Source: an uncultured Nitrososphaeraceae archaeon | GTDB lineage: Archaea; Thermoproteota; Nitrososphaeria; Nitrososphaerales; Nitrososphaeraceae | Assembly (NCBI GenBank): GCA_963825865.1 | Contig: CAWGVG010000027.1 | Span: 1 to 64,000, forward strand | DNA length: 64,000 nucleotides | Reading direction: 5' to 3' | In this document: positions 1 to 11,266 of the stretch, piece by piece | How the letters are laid out: each line of letters begins with the position of its first letter | Numbering within the stretch: the first letter of the stretch is position 1 | Notes under the pieces: model-generated | Seen by the model: only the letters and a program-made list of their open reading frames with translations | The model's database searches: none | Told to the model about the DNA's origin: nothing | Translations under genes and position numbers: made by a program

Positions 1-127
1 GTAGTTCTTTATTACTACCACAACTTTTATTCTTTTTTTGTTACTGCATAAAATAAAAATATACACGCAAATATGATTTCTTTACTGTTATTTTATATGA
101 AAAAATAAATTTTTGTGTATTGTAATC

Positions 128-539
128 TCAACCCTTGATTATTCCAAGAGTAAATCCCATCGCTGACTACCGGTTAATGGGATACCAAGGTTTGCCATCG
201 TAGTGGACGTTATAGGTAAGATAGCAGAAGCAGCTGCTCCAGTTGAGTTATTGCCTAGAAAGTTCGAATGACCTACTCCTCCTCCACTTGTTGACGTCGC
301 ATTAGTTGCTGTTGTGGTAATTGTCGATAAAACACTATTTGATATTATTTTAGCTTATCCCAGTTTACATTCACTATATGCTGAGATTCCAAATACAAAA
401 GGGTGGCAAAGAATACTCCTGCTATTACAGCGAGTATTTTCATTATCCGTTTTAAAGCAAATCCCACCAAAAAACCTGCTATACCGCCAAAACCAATAGG
501 ACTTACAAATGGCATAATACTACTCTCAATGCCGTTCAT
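128..539 (-). CDS. FUN14-family membrane protein (two apparent sequence indels)
   Basis: ORF 345..539 has IGFGGIAGFLVGFALKRIMK...LYLESQHIVNVNWDKL. The frame continues after indels to ...NLGIPLTGS(A)AMGFTLGIIKG* at 128. Confidence 0.7.
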
Positions 540-553
540 TTTCTTATTTCCTC

Positions 554-733
554 CTACTTTTTTTGGTCTGCTGCCGCTTTGTTGCTGTCAGTACTGTCTA
601 TGTCTTTGCTATTACTGCCAAGATACCTTTCAATAGCCCGTCGGATATACCTGCTCCTATGGATATCCCCGCGCTTTTGGTCGATTTTCTGTATCATTGA
701 TTTAGGTAGAGTGATTCCTAGTTTTACAGTCAT
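554..733 (-). CDS. Small ribbon-helix-helix (CopG-like) protein, 59 aa, not in ORF track
   Basis: Manual translation MTVKLGITLPKSMIQKIDQKRGDIHRSRYIRRAIERYLGS... shows the RHH strand-helix-helix pattern. Confidence 0.65.
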   Translation of the reverse strand: MTVKLGITLPKSMIQKIDQKRGDIHRSRYIRRAIERYLGSNSKDIDSTDSNKAAADQKK

Positions 734-1402
734 ATCCGTTGTAGTAGCAGTTACAATAGGTACTACTAGTAATACTAGTAGAATGTACTATCCACATAGC
801 TATAAGGTTTTTGATAGCAGATTGTGTTAAATTATTATAGTATTATAATGTGTAATTAGCTTGTTTTTATATGAATGAATTTATTCATGCCACTTTTATC
901 TAAGGTTTCCAAACAAAATAAGGTACAATAATAAGGTACAATTGTCAATTTGGATCACATATTCAAATATGACAATACTTTTTAAAATTATATTATATTG
1001 TGGGAACTATATCATATAGTAATAATATATTGCCATAACGAACTAAAAATAGTTAGGTGAATAACTGTAAGTCAATTGATATTGTTATTAGTTATATGAA
1101 ATAACTCAGCATTAAATCATATTAAATAAATCAGCATTTTACACAACCGAGATGAATGTTATTAATCACAGTATTTTTATCTAGCTTATAGTTTTCTCTA
1201 CATATAATTTAAATAAATAATTAACATTCCTGTTTTTGTAGAATAAGCATCACTGGTAAGCATGTTCTATCTTTATAGTAGGCTTTAATTCTGTCTAAGA
1301 TATGCTCTTTTGTATACATATTACTGATAATATTATGCGATATTTTATAATTGATACTTAGAAAGATTTATCAACCAAAAATCATTTGTCCAAATAATTG
1401 GA

Positions 1403-2615
1403 ATGTATCAATGGTACATGACTAACTCCAAAAAAACCAATATGAATGTTAAAAAATTTAGTAGTAATCCTTCATTATCAATTGTATTGCTAGGAATAAT
1501 AATAACATCATTATTTACATTGCTGCTGTTTCTAACAAATATTTTGGAATTCAATAACGTCTGGGCAGCAACAGGAGGAAGAACTATTCCTACTTATATG
1601 ATAAGCACAAGAGATGGCTCAGATCCTCCCAAAGGTGTACAAGAAATTGGTTATAATGGTAAACCACTTGGTGATATTAACCAATTAAAGAAGGATTGTC
1701 CTGCTGAAGTTGCAATTTTTGTCCATGGATGGCATAATGACCAAAATAAGGCAAAGGAGAGACTTGATAGAGTAAAAATGTCATTAGAGTCTAACAATTA
1801 CATTATTCCATTAATTGGTTTAAGTTGGAATTCTGATAAAGAATGGATGATGCCAAAACTATAGCACAACAAAATGGTCCAAAACTTGCACATTTTATTT
1901 TTGATTACGTTAATACTTGCAAGCACCAATTTAATAAAAATGTTAATGTCAGGTTAATCAGTCATTCCATAAGCGCTAGATTAATCCTTAGTACCTCTAG
2001 ATAGCCTGCATAAAAATCCAATGTGGAAAAATAATGGCTTCAAAATAGCATCTGTTCATTTAATGGGAGCAGTCTGTTCATGATGAGGAAGTATCAAAAA
2101 ATCCTTTGGATATCAGCAGTGATCCAACAAATGCAAATACAGTAAAATCTGCATATGGAAAAGCTATAGAATCTGAAGTAGTCAGGTTTTACAACCTATT
2201 TGATCCTGAAGATAATGTATTACAGTTTATCTATCCTTTTTATGAAGGCAAGGACACAGCCCTTGGACAACATGGAATGCAACAAAATATAAAACAAATA
2301 GATAAAGTGACAACACCGCCATATTATGATATAAATGTCCAAAATGAAATAGAACCTGGTCAAGATGCAGATGGAATTGCAGATGCACATGTTGTTTTTT
2401 GTGGGATAGTAGTTTGCAGAGATAACTTAATAATTAAAGATTGGGATCTTGGCCTATGCTTACCTTATTACAATTTTTTTGGTACCTTAATTACGAATTG
2501 TCATGTTGATGTGGGTGATAACCATGCAGGATATATGGGTTTTAGAAATATTCCTGCCAATAAAAATGTACATGAATATGATGGAGCAATTGACGTAGTT
2601 GTCAAAATTGGTTGA
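1403..2615 (+). CDS. Secreted alpha/beta-hydrolase (DUF900/DUF726-like), split by indels
   Basis: N-terminal hydrophobic segment, IFVHGW, LISHSISAR nucleophile region, HLMGA(A)V, FYNLFDPEDNVL and C-terminal DNHAGY, spread over several frames. Confidence 0.65.
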
Positions 2616-3027
2616 GACCGCCAAAATAATCTGAATTATTACTACAAGGAAAAGTACAGAGAAATGATACTTGATGCCGCAGAAACTGTCCTAGGTTATT
2701 TTGGCTTTAATAGGACTGTTTATGAAAATCCTAGGAATAATAGAAAGAAAAAGAAATGGTATGAGAAATTGCGTGAAGAACAAAAGATATCCAGGCAGAG
2801 ATGATGGAAAAACAATAAAGCGTATATTTAATCAAATTATACCTTTTACAGGGAGTAACACAACCAAAACCATCTATCATTGAGTTGCAGAAACTAGCTT
2901 GGCGCATACGATCATGTCGATATTGTTGTACATTTCGTTGTAAAAACTCTTTATTATTACTGTAGATCTTGTAATAAAGTTTATTAGTATCGCAAATTCT
3001 TTGATAAACGGAGAATGAACGTACCGT

Positions 3028-3300
3028 ATGTATTCAGTGAACGTCAACGTAAGACCATTACAGGAATGTCAACACGAATTTGCGCTTTGTGAATCATGTT
3101 TTTGGTGTGCAACTATTTTTAATAATTCAATAAAAGAACAAGAAAATGTTGTTGAGAATAATAGTAATAATACCTTTCAGATATGTCCAATGTGTAAGGA
3201 CAAAAGCGTTTCTCTAATGCATTTAGCTAAAGATGAACGATATACACTATCAATTGGAGATAAACGTGGCCTTGAGATGAAATTCTCAAAACTAAGTTAG
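3028..3300 (+). CDS. Small CxxC zinc-finger protein
   Basis: CESCFWC ... CPMC in a 90-aa ORF. Confidence 0.6.
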   Translation: MYSVNVNVRPLQECQHEFALCESCFWCATIFNNSIKEQENVVENNSNNTFQICPMCKDKSVSLMHLAKDERYTLSIGDKRGLEMKFSKLS

Positions 3301-4217
3301 AAAATAGTTCGATAACGATTATATCAATTATTAGTGTTATTTTTAGATTGGAGACACTAAATAATAATAATAAAAGAACAAGATAAATCTAAATCAGCTA
3401 TTGAAAGGCTTTATTATGGCTATGTAGCCGCCATCGTGACTGACTAGGGAGACAGATGTGAAGCCTCGGACGGAGTGGGACATATCTACTCGACCAACTA
3501 CGAACAGAAACAGCAGGGTGCAGCAGTTAATAAATCAGGCACAACGTTTGAAAAAGTCGTATATATCTGCATTAAAAACACGTCATCTATACTAATAATA
3601 TATCACCATGTAGACTAGGCAAGATGCCTCCCACCTACCCTACGAGGTTTCTCTGTGTACTAGCAAGATATTTCGTAAGTCTTACCCTACTACATATCCT
3701 GTTCGCACACAGATATAGTCATATACATTTCCGTGCTTATTAGTATTCGATAAAGGGTTTCTGTAATCAACATTCTTTATTAAGATGCTGTATATTCTAG
3801 ATTAGATTTTTTGTTTGAAGCGTTTGAATTGAAAAAAGTAGATTTTGATATAACTGATAATACTTTGGATTTTGTGGTTGATACTGAAAGATGTAGGACT
3901 GCTACAAGGCCTAAAGGGAGATAGATAAATTAATCGATTTTTATATGTGATATGGACTTCAGCTATTGCAGTTGCTTTCTCCCAATAACTAAACATTTTA
4001 ACTGAGTTAGGGGTCAATAACCAAGCAAGCAGAAGTCTCCAGAATTCTACTGGTTGGGGGAAACCACTATTAGCAGAGATAATGAGTTCCTGAAGAAACA
4101 GGCAAAAACTGACATTTATTTAACATTTTGTTAAAAAAGCGTCTATTTTCTTATCTTAAGGTCTTTTAAAATCCTTCCGTGATTCTATTTCCTTGATGAG
4201 ATCTTGGGCTTCTATAT

Positions 4218-4637
4218 TTACTCGCCTATTATCTGCAATATGATCTTGCGTTCTCTTTGTCTAGTATCCATTTCTAACAGGACAATTTGTTGCCACGTAC
4301 CCAATAGCAAATTGCCATCCTTGAATGGAATCGTTATGCTTGGACCAATCAGAGATGCACGAACATGAGAATGCCCATTTCCATCATGCCATGTTTTGTT
4401 GTGTTTATATTCAATTTCTTTTGGTGCAATTCGAGACAACATCTTAGGAAAATCGTTTTCAAGTCCTGGCTCATACTCAATAGTGGTCACAGCTGCGGTT
4501 GAACCTGAAACAAAAACTGTGACAATTCCGTCTTCAAGTTTACTTTCTTCAATTGCTTTTGAAGTTTGTTTGGTGAGGTCAACCATGTCATTTTCCCCTT
4601 TTGATTTAGTCTGAATAGTTTTAGTAATGATGGCCAT
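4218..4637 (-). CDS. yjbQ: YjbQ/UPF0047 family protein
   Basis: GSTAAVTTIEYEPGL, HDGNGHSHVRASLIGPS and LGTWQQI motifs. Confidence 0.9.
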   Translation of the reverse strand: MAIITKTIQTKSKGENDMVDLTKQTSKAIEESKLEDGIVTVFVSGSTAAVTTIEYEPGLENDFPKMLSRIAPKEIEYKHNKTWHDGNGHSHVRASLIGPSITIPFKDGNLLLGTWQQIVLLEMDTRQRERKIILQIIGE

Positions 4638-4859
4638 TTGGGATAATTTAGGTAAATTCTATTTTACCGAAGTCTAAATAATGATAAATATTCCTTATAA
4701 GTGTAACTTCATATAACAAGGAGAATAAACAATATCGTCATAGGTTCTACAATCAGTCTGTGGATGATCGATGTACGCCCTAATTTTAGTAAATTACCTG
4801 TTCGAATTCGCTTTCGGCTGAAGCGTAGTCACAGTGTTATTTTTGTCCACCTTGGAGTC

Positions 4860-5012
4860 TTAGGGCATAGGCCTTTCGCTTTTTGTTTCATCTTGTTTTT
4901 CATTCTTAAAGCTATTTGCTAATCGTTTTGTCAAAGCCCATCTATAGATAAACTTCGATCCTATTAATACCACTACAATAATAGCCCATACCCACAACGG
5001 CGGGTTTTCCAT
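4860..5012 (-). CDS. Small single-pass membrane protein, 50 aa
   Basis: Manual translation MENPPLWVWAIIVVVLIGSKFIYRWALTKRLANSF... Confidence 0.4.
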   Translation of the reverse strand: MENPPLWVWAIIVVVLIGSKFIYRWALTKRLANSFKNEKQDETKSERPMP

Positions 5013-5371
5013 GTTCTTTACCTTCTATATTGATAAGACAAGCAATCTAATATCATTGTTAATATTTCGGAAACAAGTCATTGCAATGTTTCGCTTAATC
5101 TATTGGTTTGGCTTTTGTATATAATTCAATCTTTTCAGTTATTGAAACTATTACTCTATGATAAATTCCAAGAATTTGCATATTTGTATATCTTGGTAAG
5201 ATGCACATCCTATCTAACAAATTTAACGTTTGAATGCCTTTTTTATTCAGTTTCCATGATATGACATGACAATCGTCTTTTCTCAGGATTGGGGAAAGAC
5301 GATTATGTTATTCACGATAGAAGAATCGTAATATCTGTTAATCTGTTAATGAGTTATTATCAGTACATCTT

Positions 5372-6335
5372 GGCTCTGTAGAAATCAACAATTTTTCTCA
5401 TAAACACCAAAGCTTTGTAATAGCCTAATACAATATACCTGTTGAAAGAATCAAGATATATCAGATTAGCAAATACCATGTTACGTGTTTTAAGAAATAC
5501 TAGAATAGCGCTATATCTCCATCAGAAAGAGTAATCACATATTCACAGTATGGCAACATATTGTATTACTTGCAATAAGACAATACGAAGGTAAAAGTTA
5601 TAGAATGTTTGTGGAATGGCTAGTTGAAGCATATTATCTCAGAATGTTTCTTCAATTATCCCATATTCCACGTTATACTACTCTTCAAAAGTTTGCTAGC
5701 AGAATAAATGGTACACTATTGGAGAAGATAATTTCATCGTTCATATTGGTACTTAGCAATATCAAAACGATTATTCGTTGGCATAGATTCATCAGGATTC
5801 AAAGTAATGAAAGCTTCACAATATTATACAGATAGAACAAAATTGAGAAAGAAATATGTTAAATTATCATTGGGTGCAGATATGTTGCAACAAATCATAT
5901 GTACAATCAAAATCAGGCGTGCTCCTACAAGACATGATAACGTAGATTTTCGACCAACTGATAACAAAGATAGCAAAAATCCTACCATTGTCAGTAGTTG
6001 TTGCTGACAGAGGATATGACAGTGAAGACAATCATCTTTTGGTAAGAGAAGACTTACATGCATTCAGTGTGATACCTGCAAGATATGAACATGTGCAGAT
6101 ATGGAGAACACATGGTAAATATAGGAAACAGATGAAGCGAGGCTATTCCAAATTGCTTGTACAATCAACGTAACAAGGATGAAACCATAATATCAGTCAT
6201 AAAAAGATTATTTGGAGAACACATTACTTCAAGACTAGTGAGAACACAAAACAGGGAATTATCATTCAGATGTATAGCCTACAATACCCACAGATTAACC
6301 AACCTCATCATAATATTGATGGTTTCTACTGAACC
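5372..6335 (+). mobile_element. IS5-family (IS903/ISH1-like) insertion sequence
   Basis: TIRs GGCTCTGTAGAAATC / GGTTTCTACTGAACC (12/15 match). Perfect 9-bp TSD GTACATCTT at 5363-5371 and 6336-6344. Confidence 0.92.
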
Positions 6336-6375
6336 GTACATCTTATATCTTTTAAATAATAATAGTATTCTTTGA
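5442..6375 (+). CDS. IS5-family DDE transposase, fragmented by indels; last frame reads through the right TIR
   Basis: GIDSSGF, VVADRGYDSE and YNQRNKDETIISVIKR motifs in consecutive ORF fragments. Confidence 0.85.
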
Positions 6376-6678
6376 AATGAGTCAGCTTTTTCAATTCTAT
6401 TTTGTTACATACCCAATCAGATTTATCGGTATTCAATTTCTTTTGCTCGTTGTCATTATTTCATAACAAAAAATATGATGATCTGTGTCATGTTTATGAC
6501 ACATGTTTTTAAAAGATAAATTGAAGACTATGAATAGTTGTAAGAAGTTCTTTGCCCTCTATTTAATATAGTTAACAGGAAGGCTGCATATGCATTTCCC
6601 AAAGCTAATTCATCAAGATGGAACGGATAGTATACATATGTATCCTTTGCTATCTTCTTATGTAGGAGTCTTAAAGAT

Positions 6679-6900
6679 ATGGTTAAAAAACTTAGGGCCG
6701 ATAAGGTTAATGGAGTAGTCACATTAGAAATCACTAAGAATGATCTTAAAAATATAATAGACTCAGTTGACAACATGATAGACAAACAGAAAAGGAATCT
6801 ATTGGAAAACCTTCCATCTGACGAAGAAGATAGACGAAAGTTAGATGATTACAATGCATTAAAAGAAGATCTTGGTAAGGTTTTTGAGATTTTAGCCTAA
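6679..6900 (+). CDS. Hypothetical protein, 73 aa
   Basis: Clean ORF with helical composition and an upstream AGGAG. Confidence 0.55.
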   Translation: MVKKLRADKVNGVVTLEITKNDLKNIIDSVDNMIDKQKRNLLENLPSDEEDRRKLDDYNALKEDLGKVFEILA

Positions 6901-6969
6901 TACTTTGCTTGTATTATATAATCACAAAAATTATACTACTGTAATCATATGTATTCTACATAATAACAC

Positions 6970-7452
6970 ATGAAAATCTTTAATGCCAGCCCAGGGTTTG
7001 GTGCACCTTTAACTGAGGATGAAGTAAGAAACTTTTTGGCAGCAGCAGATAGCAAATTAAATATTCACCTTGGAACAGTTGATGTAAAAGGAGAGCCAAA
7101 TATACATCCAACATGGTATTACTTTGATGGTACTAATAATAGATTTTACATCGAAACCTCCAAAAAGTCCATGAAGACAGAAAATTTAAACAGAAATAAT
7201 ACTGTCTACTATTGTGTTGATGATCCTAATCCTCCATACAAAGGAGTAAGAGGTAAGGGAAAAGTCAAAATCCATGAAGACGTTAATCATAACATACCTA
7301 TAGCTGAAAAGATAATGGTCAAATATCTTGGAAGCCTAGAACATCCTATGGCAAAGTCTCTTATAAGTAACGTCAAAAAAGGAGATTCAGTCATTTTAGA
7401 AATACACCCTAGTTACTATTCAACTTGGGACTACCGTAAGAATAAGAAATGA
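6970..7452 (+). CDS. Pyridoxamine 5'-phosphate oxidase-like (split-barrel flavin/F420-binding) protein
   Basis: HLGTVDVKGEPNIHPTWY, K..NL..N..V, YKGVRGKG and SWDY-like C-terminus. Confidence 0.85.
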   Translation: MKIFNASPGFGAPLTEDEVRNFLAAADSKLNIHLGTVDVKGEPNIHPTWYYFDGTNNRFYIETSKKSMKTENLNRNNTVYYCVDDPNPPYKGVRGKGKVKIHEDVNHNIPIAEKIMVKYLGSLEHPMAKSLISNVKKGDSVILEIHPSYYSTWDYRKNKK

Positions 7453-8028
7453 TAAGGCTAAGGTAGATTCTAGAACAAATAGATTAATGTTTGCCAGCAT
7501 ATATTGTGATATTCAAAATATAATTGCAAAGATTGGAGTAAATATTTTGCCATGGTTATGCTTAGATAGAGCCAGCAAGTGTCAAGTTAACATTGTTGTT
7601 TCTTTGGATCATACTGTAATAGGTTAGATGTTATTTCATTTAATACTTTATTTGCAGACTAAAGCAGCAATGAAAATTAATACAAAATACTACACCATAG
7701 CTGTTAACTGGATATATTTATTATACAAGGAAATCTATCAATTCCTGGATACGACGATCGTCTAGTAGTATTGATTCAATTGATTCACAAGGGTCTTTCC
7801 GCAGTCTGACGCATATTTTACACAGTCATGGTTATTGTTAGAGCAAGATGAATATAATCTGGCATAGGATATATTACTTGGAAAAAAGATCTAATGATGT
7901 TCTTAGGTCATTCAAAATGGATATTATTGACACTAATAGCATTATCGTTGACATGTCCAAACTTACACTCAATTCTTTTCGCTAGATCTGCTAATAACTT
8001 GGTTTTTAGTTGATGAATGCTATTCTAA

Positions 8029-8541
8029 TTATGTTGTGGTAGATTTATTATTGCTGGATTTATCTCGAATAGTATCTAAGACATATTTTAACTCCGGTTC
8101 ATTAATGAGTTTCTCTAGAAATCCTCTAACAATCTGTCTTGTAGTTCTCTCAGCAGCGCCCTTTCCTCTATGCTGCGTATTCACAACGTATTCATAAACA
8201 AATGGCCGTATGTATAAAGTGCAGACATCTGCGATCCAAGTGAATAGCGTATTTGGAGTTTTATCCTTAACAATCTGTCCTCTTTTTTCCTCAAACATTT
8301 TTCCAATTATTCTCACATTGTAAAGGTACATTTTCTTACCGGTTTTTTGATCGATGCCTGTCAACAAAACAGACTCTCTCTTATCATGAATCAATCCAAA
8401 AAATACATTGTGTGGCATCTTGACGTGTCCTGATTGTGGTGCATATTCAAATAACTCATCCATTAATGCATTTAGTAGACTATGGAAGCGCTCGATGCTT
8501 TTTCGTTTTTCTTCCTCTTTTTTCTTATCCATTCTAAACAC
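8029..8541 (-). CDS. Hypothetical protein
   Basis: 170-aa ORF with globular composition; no motif recognised. Confidence 0.6.
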   Translation of the reverse strand: MFRMDKKKEEEKRKSIERFHSLLNALMDELFEYAPQSGHVKMPHNVFFGLIHDKRESVLLTGIDQKTGKKMYLYNVRIIGKMFEEKRGQIVKDKTPNTLFTWIADVCTLYIRPFVYEYVVNTQHRGKGAAERTTRQIVRGFLEKLINEPELKYVLDTIRDKSSNNKSTTT

Positions 8542-8986
8542 ATAGATTAAAACAATAAAAGAAAGAGATATCTTTATCTAAAACCTTGCAATGCATCACA
8601 ATCGCTTATTATTCCTGTCTTTCCTGTCATGTAGATCTCGATACTTTAATTTCTTCGTTTAAAGTACTATATATTTTACTCTAGCAATAATAAATCCAAA
8701 GCATATTCATACGTTGTTGTGCAAGAATTTGTGTTATTAACTCCTTCCTTTAACTCTTCTGATTTCTGCATCCGTCTTCCTCTTCCTCTTCCATTATCTC
8801 TTCCTCCAGACAACTCGAATTGACATCTGCAATTAGTCCACTAGGAGATATTAAACAGAACTATGGCATAATTTCAATCTGAAGTCGGATTATGTTACTC
8901 ATTGTAATAATGTGGAAGACGAAGAAAAAAACAGAAGTAATGGTTGGAAACAGAGATATAGTGGAAAAGTTAATGACAGTATTAGT

Positions 8987-8994
8987 TTTTATAA
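8987..8994 (+). promoter_or_regulatory. Archaeal TATA box for the rpoN operon (leaderless transcript likely)
   Basis: TTTTATAA ending about 24 bp upstream of the ATG at 9018. Confidence 0.5.
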
Positions 8995-9017
8995 GACTTT
9001 GAATTCTTTAAAGTAGA

Positions 9018-9254
9018 ATGTTAGTACCAGTACGGTGTTTCACCTGTGGTAATTTAGTTGCAAATAAACATGCAGAATATTCAAACAGGATAAAAGTTGG
9101 CGAAGATCCAGCAAAGGTAATGGATTCTTTAAATATAAAGCGTTATTGCTGTAGAAGGATGTTTGTCTCAAGCGTGGAGACAATATATCAAGTAATACCA
9201 TATTATGAAGCATTGAGACGAAGAATGTCTGAAATCGAGTCAGAGATAGAATAA
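9018..9254 (+). CDS. rpoN: DNA-directed RNA polymerase subunit N (Rpo10)
   Basis: MLVPVRCFTCG ... RYCCRRM. Confidence 0.97.
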   Translation: MLVPVRCFTCGNLVANKHAEYSNRIKVGEDPAKVMDSLNIKRYCCRRMFVSSVETIYQVIPYYEALRRRMSEIESEIE

Positions 9255-9262
9255 CCTTGTAA

Positions 9263-10510
9263 ATGCCTTCAATTACATCGCTCAAAGGTAGAATTGTTTT
9301 TAATAGCAGAGGAAGTAAAACTATAGAAATTGATGTTATAACAGATAAAAAATACTTTGCCAGGGCATGTGCGCCCTCTGGTGCCAGTGTAGGAAAACAT
9401 GAAACTCAAAGTTTTCCTAATGATAATCCTGAAAAAGCATTGGAAGTATTCAATACAAATGCAAAAAAATTTGTTGGACTAGATGCACAAGATCCAAAGG
9501 TAATTTTTGATGTTTTAAGAACGATTGACGGGACTGAAACATATAGCAAGATCGGCGGCGCAGTTGCGTATGCCTTGAGCATTGCAGCTATTGATTCTGC
9601 AGCAAAGGCATTATGTGTACCACTGTTCAAATTATTAAAACCAAGAAGACCATATAGATTTCCTTTTCCACTTGGCAATATTCTAGGTGGAGGTGCGCAT
9701 GCTGGAGCAGGTACTCCAGACATACAAGAATTTCTAGTCTGTCCTATCGGTGCTAGGAATATCCGAGAAGGACTTGAAATGAATTTTGAACTCCACAAAG
9801 AACTTCGTAAAGTTATTGAATCTGTTGATAAACGCTTCACATACGGTCGAGGTGATGAAGGTGCATGGGCTCCCCATGTAAATAACGATGAGGCATTGGA
9901 AGTTATAGAGAAAGCTGTTAAAAATTGTGGCTTTACTCTAGGAAAGGACATATCACTTGGAATTGATTTTGCAAGTTCTTCATTCTGGGATGAAAAGAGG
10001 AAAGTTTATAATTATTCTAGACAGGGATTAATACGTAACACTGAGGAACAAATTGATTTTGCCAACGATTTAATTAAAAACTATAAACTTATTTATTTAG
10101 AAGATCCGGTAAATGAGGAAGACTTTGAAAGCATGGCTATCATTACCAAAAAGAACCCAAAATGTTTAGTTACAGGCGATGATATGTTAGTGACAAATGC
10201 AGGACGTGTTAAAGAAGTAGCGAAATACAAAGCATGCAGTGGTGCCATTTTGAAGGTCAATCAAATAGGGAGCTTGCAGGATGCCATGGTATTTGCTGCG
10301 GAATGCAATAAAAACGATATCAAAATTATAACGTCACATAGATCTGGCGAATCTTCTGACTCACATATCTCCCATATTGCAATTGCTACTGATTCGAAAA
10401 TGTTAAAGTCAGGAGTTGTTGGTGGCGAGCGTATCGCAAAACTAAACGAACTTTTACGCCTTATCGAGTATGATTTAATAGAAGGTATGGCTGAACTGTC
10501 CTCTACATGA
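9263..10510 (+). CDS. eno: Enolase
   Basis: NSRG, APSGAS, GDEG, GDD, LKVNQIG, SHRSGES and ERIAKLNELLR. Confidence 0.96.
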   Translation: MPSITSLKGRIVFNSRGSKTIEIDVITDKKYFARACAPSGASVGKHETQSFPNDNPEKALEVFNTNAKKFVGLDAQDPKVIFDVLRTIDGTETYSKIGGAVAYALSIAAIDSAAKALCVPLFKLLKPRRPYRFPFPLGNILGGGAHAGAGTPDIQEFLVCPIGARNIREGLEMNFELHKELRKVIESVDKRFTYGRGDEGAWAPHVNNDEALEVIEKAVKNCGFTLGKDISLGIDFASSSFWDEKRKVYNYSRQGLIRNTEEQIDFANDLIKNYKLIYLEDPVNEEDFESMAIITKKNPKCLVTGDDMLVTNAGRVKEVAKYKACSGAILKVNQIGSLQDAMVFAAECNKNDIKIITSHRSGESSDSHISHIAIATDSKMLKSGVVGGERIAKLNELLRLIEYDLIEGMAELSST

Positions 10511-11266
10511 GCGATGATAAGGAAGTTCAAGACATGAAGGTCGATGCTGAGGTCGAAGATGAAGATTCTAATAATAATAATAATAATAATGATAACGATA
10601 ATGCATCTAAGGAAGAATCAGTTTCTACAGAGAGTCAGCAAGACGACAACTACATTTCAGAGAGTGATAATTTAGAAAAAATGATACTTTCTACAGGTAT
10701 TCGTGTTGGTACACCAGTCAAGACAAAATACATGACACCATATATTGTTCGGGCTAATCCCGAAGGTTTGTACATACTTGACATCAGCAAAACTTTAGCA
10801 AAAATTGATGTAGCAGCCAAATTTATTGGTCGCGCTAACATCTCAAGAGTTGCAGTAACTTCTGCACGTGAATATGGTAAAACACCGGTAGAAAAGTTTT
10901 GCGAACTTACTGGTGCTAGAGGTGTGTTTGGACGGTTTATGCCCGGCACGTTCACAAATCCATCCTTGCCAAAATACATGGAACCTGAGATCGTAATTGT
11001 TACAGACCCGCAGGCAGACCAACAGGCAGTGGTGGAATCTACGAGGGCAGGTGTTCCAATAATTGCAATTTCTAATAGTGACAATGTGACTTCAAAAGTA
11101 GATCTGGTGATCCCTGCAAATAACAGAGGACGAAAAGCTCTTGCCACTGTCTATTGGCTTCTTGCAAGAGAAGGTACTTAAGAAGCAAGGTACAATCAAG
11201 TCAGACAGCGAAATGAAAATATCGATCGACGACTTTGAAACTAAGTTAGTCGAGGAGATATCTTGA
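10507..11266 (+). CDS. rps2: 30S ribosomal protein S2 (acidic/Asn-rich N-terminal extension; +1 indel near 11173)
   Basis: GRFMPGTFTNP, VTDPQADQQA and IPANNRGRKAL. The corrected frame ends ...DFETKLVEEIS* at 11266. Confidence 0.95.

Noticed and set aside
4020-4070. IS200/IS605 (tnpB) right-end-like sequence GCAGAAGTCTCC...GGGGGAAACCAC
   Set aside because: The resemblance is loose and no TnpB/TnpA coding remnant is recognisable upstream.
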